A stretch of 64,000 bases of DNA from a virus. Its lineage: Duplodnaviria; Caudoviricetes. Below, piece after piece: positions 48,639-57,736 of this stretch (its first letter is position 1; every line of letters starts with the position of its first letter). Under the pieces are notes generated by a model, which saw only the letters and a list, made by a program, of their open reading frames with translations, was not told the origin of the DNA and made no database searches. The stretch lies in the IMG/VR virus record IMGVR_UViG_3300033076_001354, positions 93,624-157,623 of that record; one strand, given 5' to 3'. A program made the translations under genes and the position numbers.

Positions 48639-49134
48639 AGAAGACATGTCCGCGTGGATCACGGACTGGGTAGGAGCGTTCAACGAGAAGATGGGTCAGA
48701 TCCCGTGCCCGTTCGCCAGAAAAGCGCTGCTCGACGAGCAAGTCGATTGGAGATTCGTCGAGACCGTTGAAGACCTTGAGAAGATCAGGCAGGAGATTTA
48801 CTTCGACAAGGAGATCGTCGTCATCGGTTTCCATCCGGCTATGATCGGCATCGAGCAGGTGTGCGACTTCATCGACAAGTTCAACGACGACTACATGCCT
48901 AAAGGGATCATTGCTTTCGAGGATCATCCCTATGAGAAGCAGACGGCCGCCGGCGTCACGATGAACCAAGGGAAGTGGGGATGGATCGGCATCCAGAGAC
49001 TCGATAAGCTGGACCGCGCGAGCGAGATGCTCATGAAGAAGGGATACTACGAGAACTGGAGCGACGATGAGTTCAAGTACGTAGTGTCTTGGCGATACGA
49101 AGAGGGAAGAAGGTTTCCATCTTATAGAAAGTAG
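48622..49134 (+). CDS. Hypothetical protein (DUF1415-like CPFA motif)
   Basis: 'PCPFA', 'DHP', 'QR..KL..AS..L...GYY..W'. Confidence 0.6.
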   Translation: MITEFKEDMSAWITDWVGAFNEKMGQIPCPFARKALLDEQVDWRFVETVEDLEKIRQEIYFDKEIVVIGFHPAMIGIEQVCDFIDKFNDDYMPKGIIAFEDHPYEKQTAAGVTMNQGKWGWIGIQRLDKLDRASEMLMKKGYYENWSDDEFKYVVSWRYEEGRRFPSYRK

Positions 49135-49183
49135 CTATTCACTTTTGTATTGACAAAATGGTGAGTCGGTATTATATATAACA

Positions 49184-49240
49184 GGTGGCTGCCTAATGGA
49201 GCCGCTCAACATCAACCTTGCTTTTTAGGAGGTCTATATG
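49184..49240 (+). promoter_or_regulatory. ROSE-like RNA thermometer in the hsp20 5' UTR
   Basis: Upstream hairpin GGTGGCT..AGCCGCT; SD hairpin ACCTTGCT-TTTT-AGGAGGT with U(U/C)GCU opposite the SD and a bulged G; promoter TTGACA at 49150. Confidence 0.7.
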
Positions 49241-49723
49241 ACTAACTTCGATCCATTCGCTCTACTTGACTCCAAGTTCTTTGTCGGCTACGAGCCGATG
49301 CTCAAGAGATTCAATGAAGTCTCTCAGAACTTCTCGAAGTCCATCCCAAACTATCCTCCCTACAACATCGTCAAAGTTGACGAGAACAAGTACGTTATCG
49401 AGATGGCAGTCGCCGGCTTCGGCAAGCACAACCTCGATCTCGAGTTCCAAGACGGAACGCTTGTGATCTCAGGCAACTCGGCGTTGAACAAAGAAGACGA
49501 CGGTGAATTCCTGTTCAAGGGAATCGCCGACCGCGCATTTACCCGCAAGTTCTCTCTCGCAGACACCGTGGAGATTAAGAACGCCGAGCTCATCAACGGC
49601 ATGCTTAAGATCTGGCTCGAGAACATCATCCCTGATTCCAAGAAGCCTAAGAAGATCGATATTACTGATTCAGCAGCTGAGAACAAGCCCACCGATAAGC
49701 AACTTCTCAACGAAAGAAAGTAA
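49238..49723 (+). CDS. hsp20: Small heat-shock protein Hsp20 (IbpA-like)
   Basis: 'NYPPYNI', 'IEMAVAGF', 'GIA.RAFTRKF.LA', 'NGML.I.LE..IP'. Confidence 0.95.
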   Translation: MTNFDPFALLDSKFFVGYEPMLKRFNEVSQNFSKSIPNYPPYNIVKVDENKYVIEMAVAGFGKHNLDLEFQDGTLVISGNSALNKEDDGEFLFKGIADRAFTRKFSLADTVEIKNAELINGMLKIWLENIIPDSKKPKKIDITDSAAENKPTDKQLLNERK

Positions 49724-49724
49724 T

Positions 49725-49880
49725 ATGAGACTCATTAAGAAAGTGTCTCGCTGGCTTGAACGCCAAGCGAAGATAAGAACTACTGTTCGCGAACTCAGCC
49801 AGTTGACGGATAGAGACCTGTCCGACATCGGCATCCATCGTTCAAACATTCGCGATGTGGTGAGGAATTACTATGTTTGA
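49725..49880 (+). CDS. DUF1127 (YjiS-like) small protein
   Basis: 'RTTVRELSQLTDRDLSDIGIHRSNI'. Confidence 0.85.
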   Translation: MRLIKKVSRWLERQAKIRTTVRELSQLTDRDLSDIGIHRSNIRDVVRNYYV

Positions 49881-49938
49881 TGCCCTCACTCTTCTGGTGA
49901 CTTCGGTCACCGGCTACCTCTTCTTCAAGAATACTTGA
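49873..49938 (+). CDS. Putative 21-aa hydrophobic micropeptide
   Basis: GAGGA SD; MFDALTLLVTSVTGYLFFKNT. Confidence 0.4.
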   Translation: MFDALTLLVTSVTGYLFFKNT

Positions 49939-49948
49939 GGAGAAAACT

Positions 49949-50002
49949 ATGTGGCCGTACACAGTAGACGAGCTCGTTATAATCAACGAAGGCTCTAAGT
50001 AA
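49949..50002 (+). CDS. Putative 17-aa micropeptide
   Basis: GAGGAG SD; MWPYTVDELVIINEGSK ending just before the terminator. Confidence 0.45.
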   Translation: MWPYTVDELVIINEGSK

Positions 50003-50003
50003 C

Positions 50004-50030
50004 AAAAAGGGGGAGCAATCCCCCTTTTTT
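50004..50030 (+). terminator. Intrinsic terminator
   Basis: AAAAAGGGGGA-GCAA-TCCCCCTTTTTT. Confidence 0.88.
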
Positions 50031-50067
50031 AGTTGACATTTACACAGGTATGTTTTATAGTATGAAT

Positions 50068-52620
50068 ATGTCAAAGTTCTACACCAACGCTTTCTTGTTC
50101 CATGACTCGATCTTTCTTCGCGGCTTCGAAGATGGCCGACGCGTGATGAAGACGATTCCATGTAAACCCTACATCTTTCTTCCAACTTCTAACGAAACTC
50201 CGTATAGAACTCTCGACGGAAAATTCGTAATGAGAAAAAACTTTGGAACGCCGAAAGAAGCAAGGGACTACATAAAAGAAAATCACGAAAACGTAAGCAA
50301 TAAACCATTCTATGGAATGACGCAGTGGCTCTATCCGTTTCTCAACGACTACTATCCGGGAGAGATCGACTACGATCCTAAGATGGTGTCGGTCGTAAAC
50401 ATCGACATCGAGGTCGCGGCCGATGACGGATTTCCCGACGTTCACGTAGCCGACAAGCCTATCACCGCGATCACCGTAAAGAAAGACGACATCTACGTCG
50501 TGCTAGGTTGTGGAGACTTCACGACGACGAACGACAAGATCAAGTACTTAAAGTGTGAGAACGAACAAAAACTTCTGCTTAAGTTCCTCGATGTCTGGCG
50601 CAGCGAGTGGCTCTCTCCCGACGTCATCACGGGTTGGAACATCGATAAGTTCGACATCCCATACATCGTCAATCGCATCCGTCGAGTGCTTGGACACGAG
50701 ATGCACAAGAAACTCTCGCCGTGGGGAATGGTCGAGGAGCGCGAGATCATCCGCGGTAAGTCGGCGGCGCGCGGCGGCAACGGAATCGACGATCGCAAAG
50801 ACGTAGTGTATGAGATCTACGGAATCACCTCGCTTGACTACCTTGAGACTTATAAGAAGTTCTCATTCAAGAACCAAGAATCTTATCGGCTCGACTACAT
50901 CGGTGAGGTAGAGCTCGGTGTGAAGAAGCTGGACTACTCCGAACACGGATCATTGCTTGAGCTCTATAAGCAAGACTATCAGAAGTTCATTGAGTATAAC
51001 ATCCGCGACGTCGAGATCGTATCGAAGCTTGACGACAAGTTGAAGCTTATCGAGCAGGTGTTCGCGATTGCCTATGACGCGAAAGTTAACTTCTCAGACG
51101 CCTATGGCTCGGTTCGCATCTGGGACGTCATCATCCACAACTACCTCATCAATCAGCGCATAGTAATTCCACAGAAGAGAGACGCTTATAAAGATAAGCA
51201 GATCATCGGCGGCTACGTCAAAGATCCCCTGCTCGGTATGCACGACTGGGTGGTATCGTTCGACTTGAACTCGCTATATCCACACTTGATCATGCAGTAC
51301 AACATCTCGCCAGAGACTTACGCCGGCAAGCTTCCGCTGAGCGAGGAGACTTCGGTCCAGCGAATACTCGATGGATACCTCGACGAGCTGCACGTAAGAA
51401 ACGAGATGGTTGCCAGAAACTTAACGGTCACCGGCTCGGGTGTCATGTTTGAGCGCGATAAGCAGGGATTCCTTCCCAAGCTCATGGAAAAGATGTACGA
51501 AGACCGCGTCGTCTATAAGAAGCGAATGCTTGAAGCCGAGCAGCAGTATCAAAAGACTCCAACACCTGAGCTCGAGAAAGTGATAGCGCAGAACAAGAAC
51601 ATGCAGCTCGCGCGAAAGATTCAGTTGAACTCAGCTTACGGTGCGCTGTCGAACAAGTACTTTCGTTGGTACGACGATACGCTGGCTGAGTCGATCACGC
51701 TCTCCGGTCAGCTGGCGATCATGTGGATCGCGCGCGACATGAACAAGTACCTTAACAAGCTCTTCACGACGAAGGACGTCGACTATGTCATTGCATGCGA
51801 TACGGATTCTATGTACATTACGCTTGGCAAACTGGTCTCTAAATGCGGCCTTGAGGGGTCGCCGACTGCTGAGATCGTCAAATTCCTTGACAACGCGATT
51901 GAAAGTAAGATTGAACCTTTCATTGAGTCAAGCTACGGGCGCCTTGGCGGAGTTGTTAATGCCTACGCCCAGAAGATGAAGATGAAGCGCGAGGCCATCG
52001 CCGACAAGGGTATATGGACCGCGAAGAAGCACTACATCCTCAACATCTGGAACAACGAGGGCGTGGCGTACGCCGAACCGAAAGTGAAGGTTGTCGGCAT
52101 CGAAGCGGTGCGATCATCGACTCCTCAAGCGTGTCGTGAGAAGATTAAGCAGTGTCTCAAGGTCATCATGGGTAAGACCGAGGACGACGTCATCAAGTTC
52201 ATTGCACAGTTCCGCGATGAGTTCGTGAAGATGTCGTACGAAGAAGTTGCGTTCCCACGCGGATGCAAGGGCCTCGCCGAGTACGCCGATCGCGACAGCA
52301 TCTATAGGAAGGGTACACCGATCCAAGTTCGCGGCGCTTTGCTCTACAATCACTACGTTAAACAGAAGAAGCTCAACACGAGGTACGAACTCATCAAGGA
52401 AGGCGACAAGATTAAGTTCTGCTACATGAAGCTTCCGAACCCCATTCGTGAAAATGTCGTCGCTTCGCTCGGCGCCCTTCCTCCTGAGCTCGGCCTCGAG
52501 ACATATATAGACTATGAGCTGCAGTACTCAAAAGCTTTCGTCGAGCCGCTCAAGACGATCCTTGACGCGATCGGTTGGCGCACCGAGAAGAAAGCATCTA
52601 TCGAGGGATTCTTTGGATGA
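50068..52620 (+). CDS. gp43: Family B DNA polymerase gp43
   Basis: Exo DIE, 'GWNI..FD', 'YN..D'; pol 'DLNSLYP', 'K..LNS.YG', 'CDTDS', 'KKHY'. Confidence 0.98.
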   Translation: MSKFYTNAFLFHDSIFLRGFEDGRRVMKTIPCKPYIFLPTSNETPYRTLDGKFVMRKNFGTPKEARDYIKENHENVSNKPFYGMTQWLYPFLNDYYPGEIDYDPKMVSVVNIDIEVAADDGFPDVHVADKPITAITVKKDDIYVVLGCGDFTTTNDKIKYLKCENEQKLLLKFLDVWRSEWLSPDVITGWNIDKFDIPYIVNRIRRVLGHEMHKKLSPWGMVEEREIIRGKSAARGGNGIDDRKDVVYEIYGITSLDYLETYKKFSFKNQESYRLDYIGEVELGVKKLDYSEHGSLLELYKQDYQKFIEYNIRDVEIVSKLDDKLKLIEQVFAIAYDAKVNFSDAYGSVRIWDVIIHNYLINQRIVIPQKRDAYKDKQIIGGYVKDPLLGMHDWVVSFDLNSLYPHLIMQYNISPETYAGKLPLSEETSVQRILDGYLDELHVRNEMVARNLTVTGSGVMFERDKQGFLPKLMEKMYEDRVVYKKRMLEAEQQYQKTPTPELEKVIAQNKNMQLARKIQLNSAYGALSNKYFRWYDDTLAESITLSGQLAIMWIARDMNKYLNKLFTTKDVDYVIACDTDSMYITLGKLVSKCGLEGSPTAEIVKFLDNAIESKIEPFIESSYGRLGGVVNAYAQKMKMKREAIADKGIWTAKKHYILNIWNNEGVAYAEPKVKVVGIEAVRSSTPQACREKIKQCLKVIMGKTEDDVIKFIAQFRDEFVKMSYEEVAFPRGCKGLAEYADRDSIYRKGTPIQVRGALLYNHYVKQKKLNTRYELIKEGDKIKFCYMKLPNPIRENVVASLGALPPELGLETYIDYELQYSKAFVEPLKTILDAIGWRTEKKASIEGFFG

Positions 52621-53261
52621 AGCTACACACGTCGCAGGGTGAAGTCCTAATAGAGATACCGGAGCAGTACACCAAAGTCGGCATCAAGATCTCAGGCGGT
52701 GCCGACAGCGCGCTGCTCGCGTACATACTCGCTCTGTATAAGAAGCAAGAAAGAGACGTAGACCTTATACCGATCACAGTCATCAACGCGATTAAACCTC
52801 ACCAACACATCTTTGCGCAGAGAGTTGTCAAATTCATCGAAGATAAGCTCAACGTAAAGTTCAATCCCCATCAGATAAAACCTGAGCCGGTGGATCCCCA
52901 GCGCTACGGCGAGGAGCAGTCCATCTTCGTTAGAAGCTTGAGGAAGCGAGAGATAATTGAGACTCACTTCACGGGTATAACAGAAAATCCGGATGTAGAG
53001 CTTCAGACCGACTACACGGGCGATTCAACTAGAAACAAGACGCTTGGAACTAAACCTACGGTAGACTTGTATTCATTCCATCCGTTTGCCAACATAAATA
53101 AAAAAGCTATCGCAGAGTTGTATGAAAGTTATGGACTCATGGATACGCTTTTTCCATTAACCAGAAGCTGTGAAAACAGTAAAGTGCACTTCAGTGAACC
53201 ACACTGCGGTAAGTGCTGGTGGTGTTTAGAAAGAAAGTGGGGCTTTGGAAAACTTGATTGA
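52617..53261 (+). CDS. QueC-like PP-loop ATPase
   Basis: PP-loop ISGGADS; 'PF...NK'; 'TRSC...HCGKCWWC.ER' zinc site. Confidence 0.75.
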   Translation: MKLHTSQGEVLIEIPEQYTKVGIKISGGADSALLAYILALYKKQERDVDLIPITVINAIKPHQHIFAQRVVKFIEDKLNVKFNPHQIKPEPVDPQRYGEEQSIFVRSLRKREIIETHFTGITENPDVELQTDYTGDSTRNKTLGTKPTVDLYSFHPFANINKKAIAELYESYGLMDTLFPLTRSCENSKVHFSEPHCGKCWWCLERKWGFGKLD

Positions 53262-53853
53262 TAAGATCTACGGATCGGTCGCGACTTATAAAACACGTGA
53301 AGCTTTATATGTTATCCAAAAATTAGCTCGAGGCTTTAAACCAAATTCAAAGGTACTAATCCTTGGTGCCGGATGCGGGGCTGAAACGATACTTATAAAA
53401 AAAGAGTGTCCAACTTGTTTAGTCACGGCCATAGATTCGTGGAACGGTGACATTGAGTACAACGATGGAAAAACAAGCATTCCAGGAACAAACTTTCAAG
53501 ATGATTTTAATTCGAGCTGCAGACTGTTCAATGTTGAAGTCGATCGGGCGATAAAGTCTAACATATATAAAACACGAGTTATAGAAGAAATCGGCGATGA
53601 CTGGGACTTCATATACTACGACTGCGTAGACAACGGCGACGGAAAAAGCTTAGATCTAGTCTTAAATATGCTTATAAGATTATGGGGTAAACTCAACGCT
53701 TCTGGCACTCTTATGGGAGACGACTATGTTTTTGATAGGCCAGACTATAAGATGTCTCCAGTAGTTGATAAGTTTGTCGACGAGATCGCCGGCATACAAT
53801 CATTTGAAGTAGATAGATTCAACAAAAGTTATCATTGGATGATAAGAAAATGA
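53245..53853 (+). CDS. Class I SAM-dependent methyltransferase
   Basis: 'VLILGAGCG', 'AIDSW', 'DFIYYD', 'G.LMGDDY'. Confidence 0.75.
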   Translation: MENLIDKIYGSVATYKTREALYVIQKLARGFKPNSKVLILGAGCGAETILIKKECPTCLVTAIDSWNGDIEYNDGKTSIPGTNFQDDFNSSCRLFNVEVDRAIKSNIYKTRVIEEIGDDWDFIYYDCVDNGDGKSLDLVLNMLIRLWGKLNASGTLMGDDYVFDRPDYKMSPVVDKFVDEIAGIQSFEVDRFNKSYHWMIRK

Positions 53854-54071
53854 GCAACACAGAAGATTACGACTTCGGCTTTGAATTCGCCGACGATATG
53901 ACTGAAGCGGTCGACACCGCTCAGACAAAAGCACAACAGATCTACGACGCGATCATGCCTCTTCTCAACAACTTAAAACTAAATCCAGAGAAGCCAAATA
54001 TTGTTTGGCCCGACCGTGTAAAAAAGATTGACAATTTTATCAAAAAGTTGGATAATATACTTAAATCATGA
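53850..54071 (+). CDS. Conserved small T4-like phage protein
   Basis: 'DFGF', 'I.PLL.NL..NPEK..I.WP.R'. Confidence 0.7.
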   Translation: MSNTEDYDFGFEFADDMTEAVDTAQTKAQQIYDAIMPLLNNLKLNPEKPNIVWPDRVKKIDNFIKKLDNILKS

Positions 54072-54086
54072 ACATGGAGTATTTCA

Positions 54087-55151
54087 TTGTCTCTCATCAA
54101 TCGACTCATTAAGAATTCTACGATCGACCAATCGTCGGTTCTCACTGAAAGTAAGATCTACAATCGCAAAGATATGATCACTACTAGCGTTCCAATGGTG
54201 AACGTGGCGCTCTCGGGCCGCATCGACGGCGGCTTGACTCCGGGACTCACCATCATGGCGGGTCCGTCGAAGCACTTCAAGTCGGCCTTTTCCCTCCTTA
54301 TGGCCGGCGCCTATATGAAGCAGTATCCCGAGAGCGTTCTTTTATTCTATGACTCCGAGTTTGGTACGCCCAAGAGCTACTTCGACGCGTTCAACATCGA
54401 CATGGATCGAGTGATTCACACGCCGATCACAGACATCGAGAAGCTGAAGTTCGACATCGTCAAGCAGCTCGAGGAGATCGGTCGCGACGACAAGGTGGTC
54501 ATCGTCATTGACTCAGTCGGCAACCTCGCGTCGAAGAAAGAAACCGACGACGCGCTCGAGGGTAAGTCGGTCGCGGATATGTCCCGTGCAAAAGCTCTCA
54601 AGTCTTTGTTCCGCATGGTCACACCGCACTTGACGCTCAAAGATATTCCTTTGATCGTGGTTAATCATACCTACAAAGAAATGGCCATGTATCCACGCGA
54701 CATCGTCTCCGGTGGTACCGGCATCTACTACTCGGCCGACACCATCTGGATCCTTGGTCGTCAGCAGGAGAAAGACGGCAAGGACATCACCGGCTACAAC
54801 TTCGTCATCAACGTTGAGAAGTCGCGCTACGTGAAAGAAAAGTCAAAGATCCCAATCACAGTGTCTTATGAGGGCGGGATCAAGAAGTGGTCGGGCCTGC
54901 TCGATTTGGCGCTCGAGGGTGGATACATCGCGAAGCCTACGGCCCAGTCTTATCAGTTCGTTGATCGCACCACTGGCGAACTCACCGGTCCAAAGCTCAA
55001 AGCATCTGAGATAGAAGACAACGGCGATGCATGGAAAAGTCTGCTCTCGACGACTGACTTCGCCGAATGGATCAAAAAGAAGTACACTATCGCAACCGGT
55101 TCGCTCGTGAGTCACGACGATGAACCACTGATCGAGGACGACGATGAATAG
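54087..55151 (+). CDS. uvsX: RecA-like recombinase UvsX
   Basis: GPSKHFKS, YDSEFG, DS.GNLAS, 'NHTY', 'SGGTG'. Confidence 0.96.
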   Translation: MSLINRLIKNSTIDQSSVLTESKIYNRKDMITTSVPMVNVALSGRIDGGLTPGLTIMAGPSKHFKSAFSLLMAGAYMKQYPESVLLFYDSEFGTPKSYFDAFNIDMDRVIHTPITDIEKLKFDIVKQLEEIGRDDKVVIVIDSVGNLASKKETDDALEGKSVADMSRAKALKSLFRMVTPHLTLKDIPLIVVNHTYKEMAMYPRDIVSGGTGIYYSADTIWILGRQQEKDGKDITGYNFVINVEKSRYVKEKSKIPITVSYEGGIKKWSGLLDLALEGGYIAKPTAQSYQFVDRTTGELTGPKLKASEIEDNGDAWKSLLSTTDFAEWIKKKYTIATGSLVSHDDEPLIEDDDE

Positions 55152-55536
55152 TAAAGAGTTATTTTCACTTGAAGACCTGCTGCCTGAAGTTTCTAATGAG
55201 CATAAGCTCGCCGTAACTCAGTGGGTCTTCAAACACATCGTCGAGCATGCAAGAGAAGGCGGGTCTTATCGCTACTTGATCTATGATCGCCTCGGCTTTG
55301 GTCCAGAAGCATACGTCCCTCTCTGCAACGATGGGTTGACAATATCCAACGAGTTTGATATATCTCAGATGGATGAGATCAAAAAGATCGTTCGCGAGCA
55401 TGAATACTCAGCACTCAAGCATATCCTTGGGATGTGCGACGAGCATGACTGCTACAAGGACGCCAGCTGCGGATGGCCGACAGACGATGGCTACCGCCGC
55501 ACATGCCACGCACACATGAAAGTTGATAATGATTGA
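55144..55536 (+). CDS. Hypothetical protein with C-terminal Cys/His cluster
   Basis: 'GSYRYLIYDRLGF'; C..C...C...C..H. Confidence 0.6.
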   Translation: MNSKELFSLEDLLPEVSNEHKLAVTQWVFKHIVEHAREGGSYRYLIYDRLGFGPEAYVPLCNDGLTISNEFDISQMDEIKKIVREHEYSALKHILGMCDEHDCYKDASCGWPTDDGYRRTCHAHMKVDND

Positions 55537-56908
55537 GCAGACAATACTCTCTCACCTGATATACAATGAGTCGTACGCGAGGAAGACGCTTCCCTTCCTC
55601 AAGGACGAGTACTTCCACAACCTACCCGACAAGGTCGTCTATCGCCTGATCGACGACTACGTCAAGAAGTACAACAGCACCCCTACCAAAGAGGTGCTGA
55701 TGATCGAGCTGAACAACCGCGACGGTCTCAACGAGAACTCGTTCAAGGAGTCGAAGCGTCTTATCGAAGACCTGCAGGTCGATAACACCGAACTCAAGTG
55801 GCTGCTCGACTCGACCGAGAAGTTCTGTCAAGAGAAGGCGATCTACAATGCTATCATGGCTTCGATCAAGATTATCGACGACAAGTCTGGAGCGAGCTCT
55901 ACTGGAGCTATACCCACTCTCCTATCAGATGCCCTTGGCGTCAGCTTTGACGTTAGCATTGGTCATGACTACTTTCTTAACGCTGACGATCGATACGATT
56001 TCTATCATCGTCGGGAAGAGCATATACCATTCGACCTCGAGTACTTCAATAAGATCACTAAGGGCGGACTTGTTAGAAAGACTCTTAACATTGCCTTGGC
56101 CGGCACGGGTGTGGGCAAGTCTCTTTTCATGTGCCATTGCGCTTCTCATAATCTGACGCAAGGCAAGAACGTACTCTACATCACCATGGAAATGGCAGAA
56201 GAAAAGATCGCCGAGCGCATCGACGCGAACCTGCTCAATGTTACGGTCGACGAACTCGCCACACTTCCTAAAGACGCCTACGACAAGAAGATCGCGCGGG
56301 TGAAGGAGAAGACCGTCGGTAAGTTGATCATCAAGGAGTATCCCACCGCTTCTGCAGGCTCAGCGAACTTCAGACACCTTCTCAACGAGCTTCGCATCAA
56401 GCGAAACTTCGTGCCCGACATCATCTACATCGACTATCTCAACATCTGCTCATCGAGTCGCATCAAGGCCGGTGCCAACGTCAACTCATACACATACATC
56501 AAGGCGATCGCTGAGGAGCTGCGTGGTCTCGCCGTTGAGTTCAATGTTCCTGTGGTCTCCGCTACTCAAACTACTCGAGGTGGCTACGGGAATTCCGACG
56601 TAGAACTTACTGACACCTCTGAGTCTTTCGGCCTGCCGGCTACCGCCGATTTGATGTTCGCCTTGATCTCCACCGAGGAGATGGAAGACTTGTCGCAGCT
56701 GATGGTCAAGCAGCTCAAGAATCGCTACAACGACCCAACGATCCACCGACGCTTCGTGGTCGGCATCGACCGAGCCAAGATGCGGTTGTACAACACCGAA
56801 GACTCCGCTCAGGACGGGATCATGGACGACACACCGGTATTCAACAAGACCACGTTCGGTGCAGCCGACGAGGATCGCAAGCGCAGGCTCAAGGAGTTCA
56901 TCACATGA
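55529..56908 (+). CDS. gp41: Replicative helicase gp41 (DnaB-like)
   Basis: AGTGVGKS, 'EMAEE', 'IDYL', 'SATQ', 'ESFGLPATAD', 'KNRY'. Confidence 0.97.
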   Translation: MIEQTILSHLIYNESYARKTLPFLKDEYFHNLPDKVVYRLIDDYVKKYNSTPTKEVLMIELNNRDGLNENSFKESKRLIEDLQVDNTELKWLLDSTEKFCQEKAIYNAIMASIKIIDDKSGASSTGAIPTLLSDALGVSFDVSIGHDYFLNADDRYDFYHRREEHIPFDLEYFNKITKGGLVRKTLNIALAGTGVGKSLFMCHCASHNLTQGKNVLYITMEMAEEKIAERIDANLLNVTVDELATLPKDAYDKKIARVKEKTVGKLIIKEYPTASAGSANFRHLLNELRIKRNFVPDIIYIDYLNICSSSRIKAGANVNSYTYIKAIAEELRGLAVEFNVPVVSATQTTRGGYGNSDVELTDTSESFGLPATADLMFALISTEEMEDLSQLMVKQLKNRYNDPTIHRRFVVGIDRAKMRLYNTEDSAQDGIMDDTPVFNKTTFGAADEDRKRRLKEFIT

Positions 56909-57150
56909 TCGTCGACAACGACAACGACGACTACGCCGAGGTGATAGCCGACTACATCATGACATACTTGGTGCAGCAGCAGGCAGCCGGAAGAACCGTA
57001 GTCTATGAGTCAGAGATCTTCAAGCTCCTGGGATCAGAGATTCCCGAGGGTAAAGAGGATCGAGCGTTTGTGTTGAAAGAATACACTCAGGTAAAGATCT
57101 CAGACAACGTCGTGTCGATGCAGGAATTTAAGTCTAGAATAAAAAATTAG
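56905..57150 (+). CDS. Hypothetical protein
   Basis: AAGGAG SD; coupled to gp41. Confidence 0.55.
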   Translation: MIVDNDNDDYAEVIADYIMTYLVQQQAAGRTVVYESEIFKLLGSEIPEGKEDRAFVLKEYTQVKISDNVVSMQEFKSRIKN

Positions 57151-57201
57151 TTGACATTTAGTTCAACTTGATATATACTAGAAATATAAGCTGTTTGACA
57201 A
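57151..57201 (+). promoter_or_regulatory. Sigma70 promoter followed by boxA-like antitermination element
   Basis: TTGACA-17-TATACT, then GCTGTTTGACAA (compare rrn boxA GCTCTTTAACAA). Confidence 0.65.
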
Positions 57202-57216
57202 TCGAGTATAGAGACA

Positions 57217-57380
57217 ATTGTCTCTTCATGGGTACTACACTGGGTAGCGTTGATAGACGTATCATCTAGTCGGGCTGGTTGGGCTTCCTCCCAGTCCTGA
57301 GACAACCAGAGCCAGAAGCTAAGGAATGGAAGCACCAGACTCCGAAATTAGGCTATATGTAGTATCCTTGAAGAGATAAT
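57217..57380 (+). ncRNA. Putative structured ncRNA domain A
   Basis: About 23-bp closing helix (57217-57239 with 57358-57380, G-U pairs and one mismatch); internal hairpins TGATA/TATCA, CTGGTTG/CAACCAG, CTAGTCGG/CCGA..TTAG. Confidence 0.65.
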
Positions 57381-57385
57381 CTAGT

Positions 57386-57531
57386 TTTGTGGTAAGGAAA
57401 GTCTATGGCATGTAGCCCGCAAACGCGTTGCGGTGAGTGAACTCATAGGGTCGGTGTGATCAACCGATAAAAGGAGCATGGGCAAGTTGTTGGAAGCTAT
57501 GCCAACGACCAGATACCGCACCTGCCACAAA
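57386..57531 (+). ncRNA. Putative structured ncRNA domain B
   Basis: Closing helix TTTGTGGTAAGG/CCTGCCACAAA; hairpins CCGCAA/TTGCGG, TGAG/CTCA, TCGGT/ACCGA, GTTGTTGG/CCAACGAC. Confidence 0.65.
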
Positions 57532-57533
57532 TT

Positions 57534-57736
57534 GAAGTTTAAGCTAGAGGGATTGTAGGTGGACCTGTAATGTATGCCGATGTGTATAGGGACTGGGCTT
57601 GTAACCTTCAAAGATAAGGCAGACCCACTCGGGCCTCCTGCTCGATATAATCTGCCTCCGCCATACGCGAAACGTGGGATGGGCTGCGTATGCGGGGTTT
57701 GGTGGTTTTCCTGACACAAGAAAAACCACCGCTTCT
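57534..57736 (+). ncRNA. Putative structured ncRNA domain C
   Basis: Hairpins ATTGTAGG/CCTGTAAT, AGGCAGA/TCTGCCT, CCG.CATACGC/GCGTATGCGG, GGTGGTTTT/AAAACCACC; possible loop-loop pairing CCCAC(57624)/GTGGG(57674). Confidence 0.6.

Noticed and set aside
52617-53261. Complete 7-deazaguanine DNA modification system
   Set aside because: Only a QueC-like protein is present; no dpdA, folE or queD in the window, so the pathway cannot be claimed.
9140-56908. Introns, inteins or homing endonucleases in gp17, gp20, gp23, gp43, uvsX, gp41
   Set aside because: All are uninterrupted and of ordinary length; no LAGLIDADG, HNH, GIY-YIG or intein motifs recognised.
57386-57531. RNase P RNA, tmRNA or cobalamin riboswitch identity (AGGAAAGTC; GCAAAC; ACCTGCC)
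   Set aside because: Only short motifs match. No RNase P 3' P4 strand, no tRNA-like domain or AND..AA tag frame, and no B12 box were found.
57381-57729. Minus-strand ORFs 57381..57719, 57544..57729 and 57147..57335
   Set aside because: No SD, atypical composition and codon usage; the region is better explained by a + strand promoter and RNA structure.
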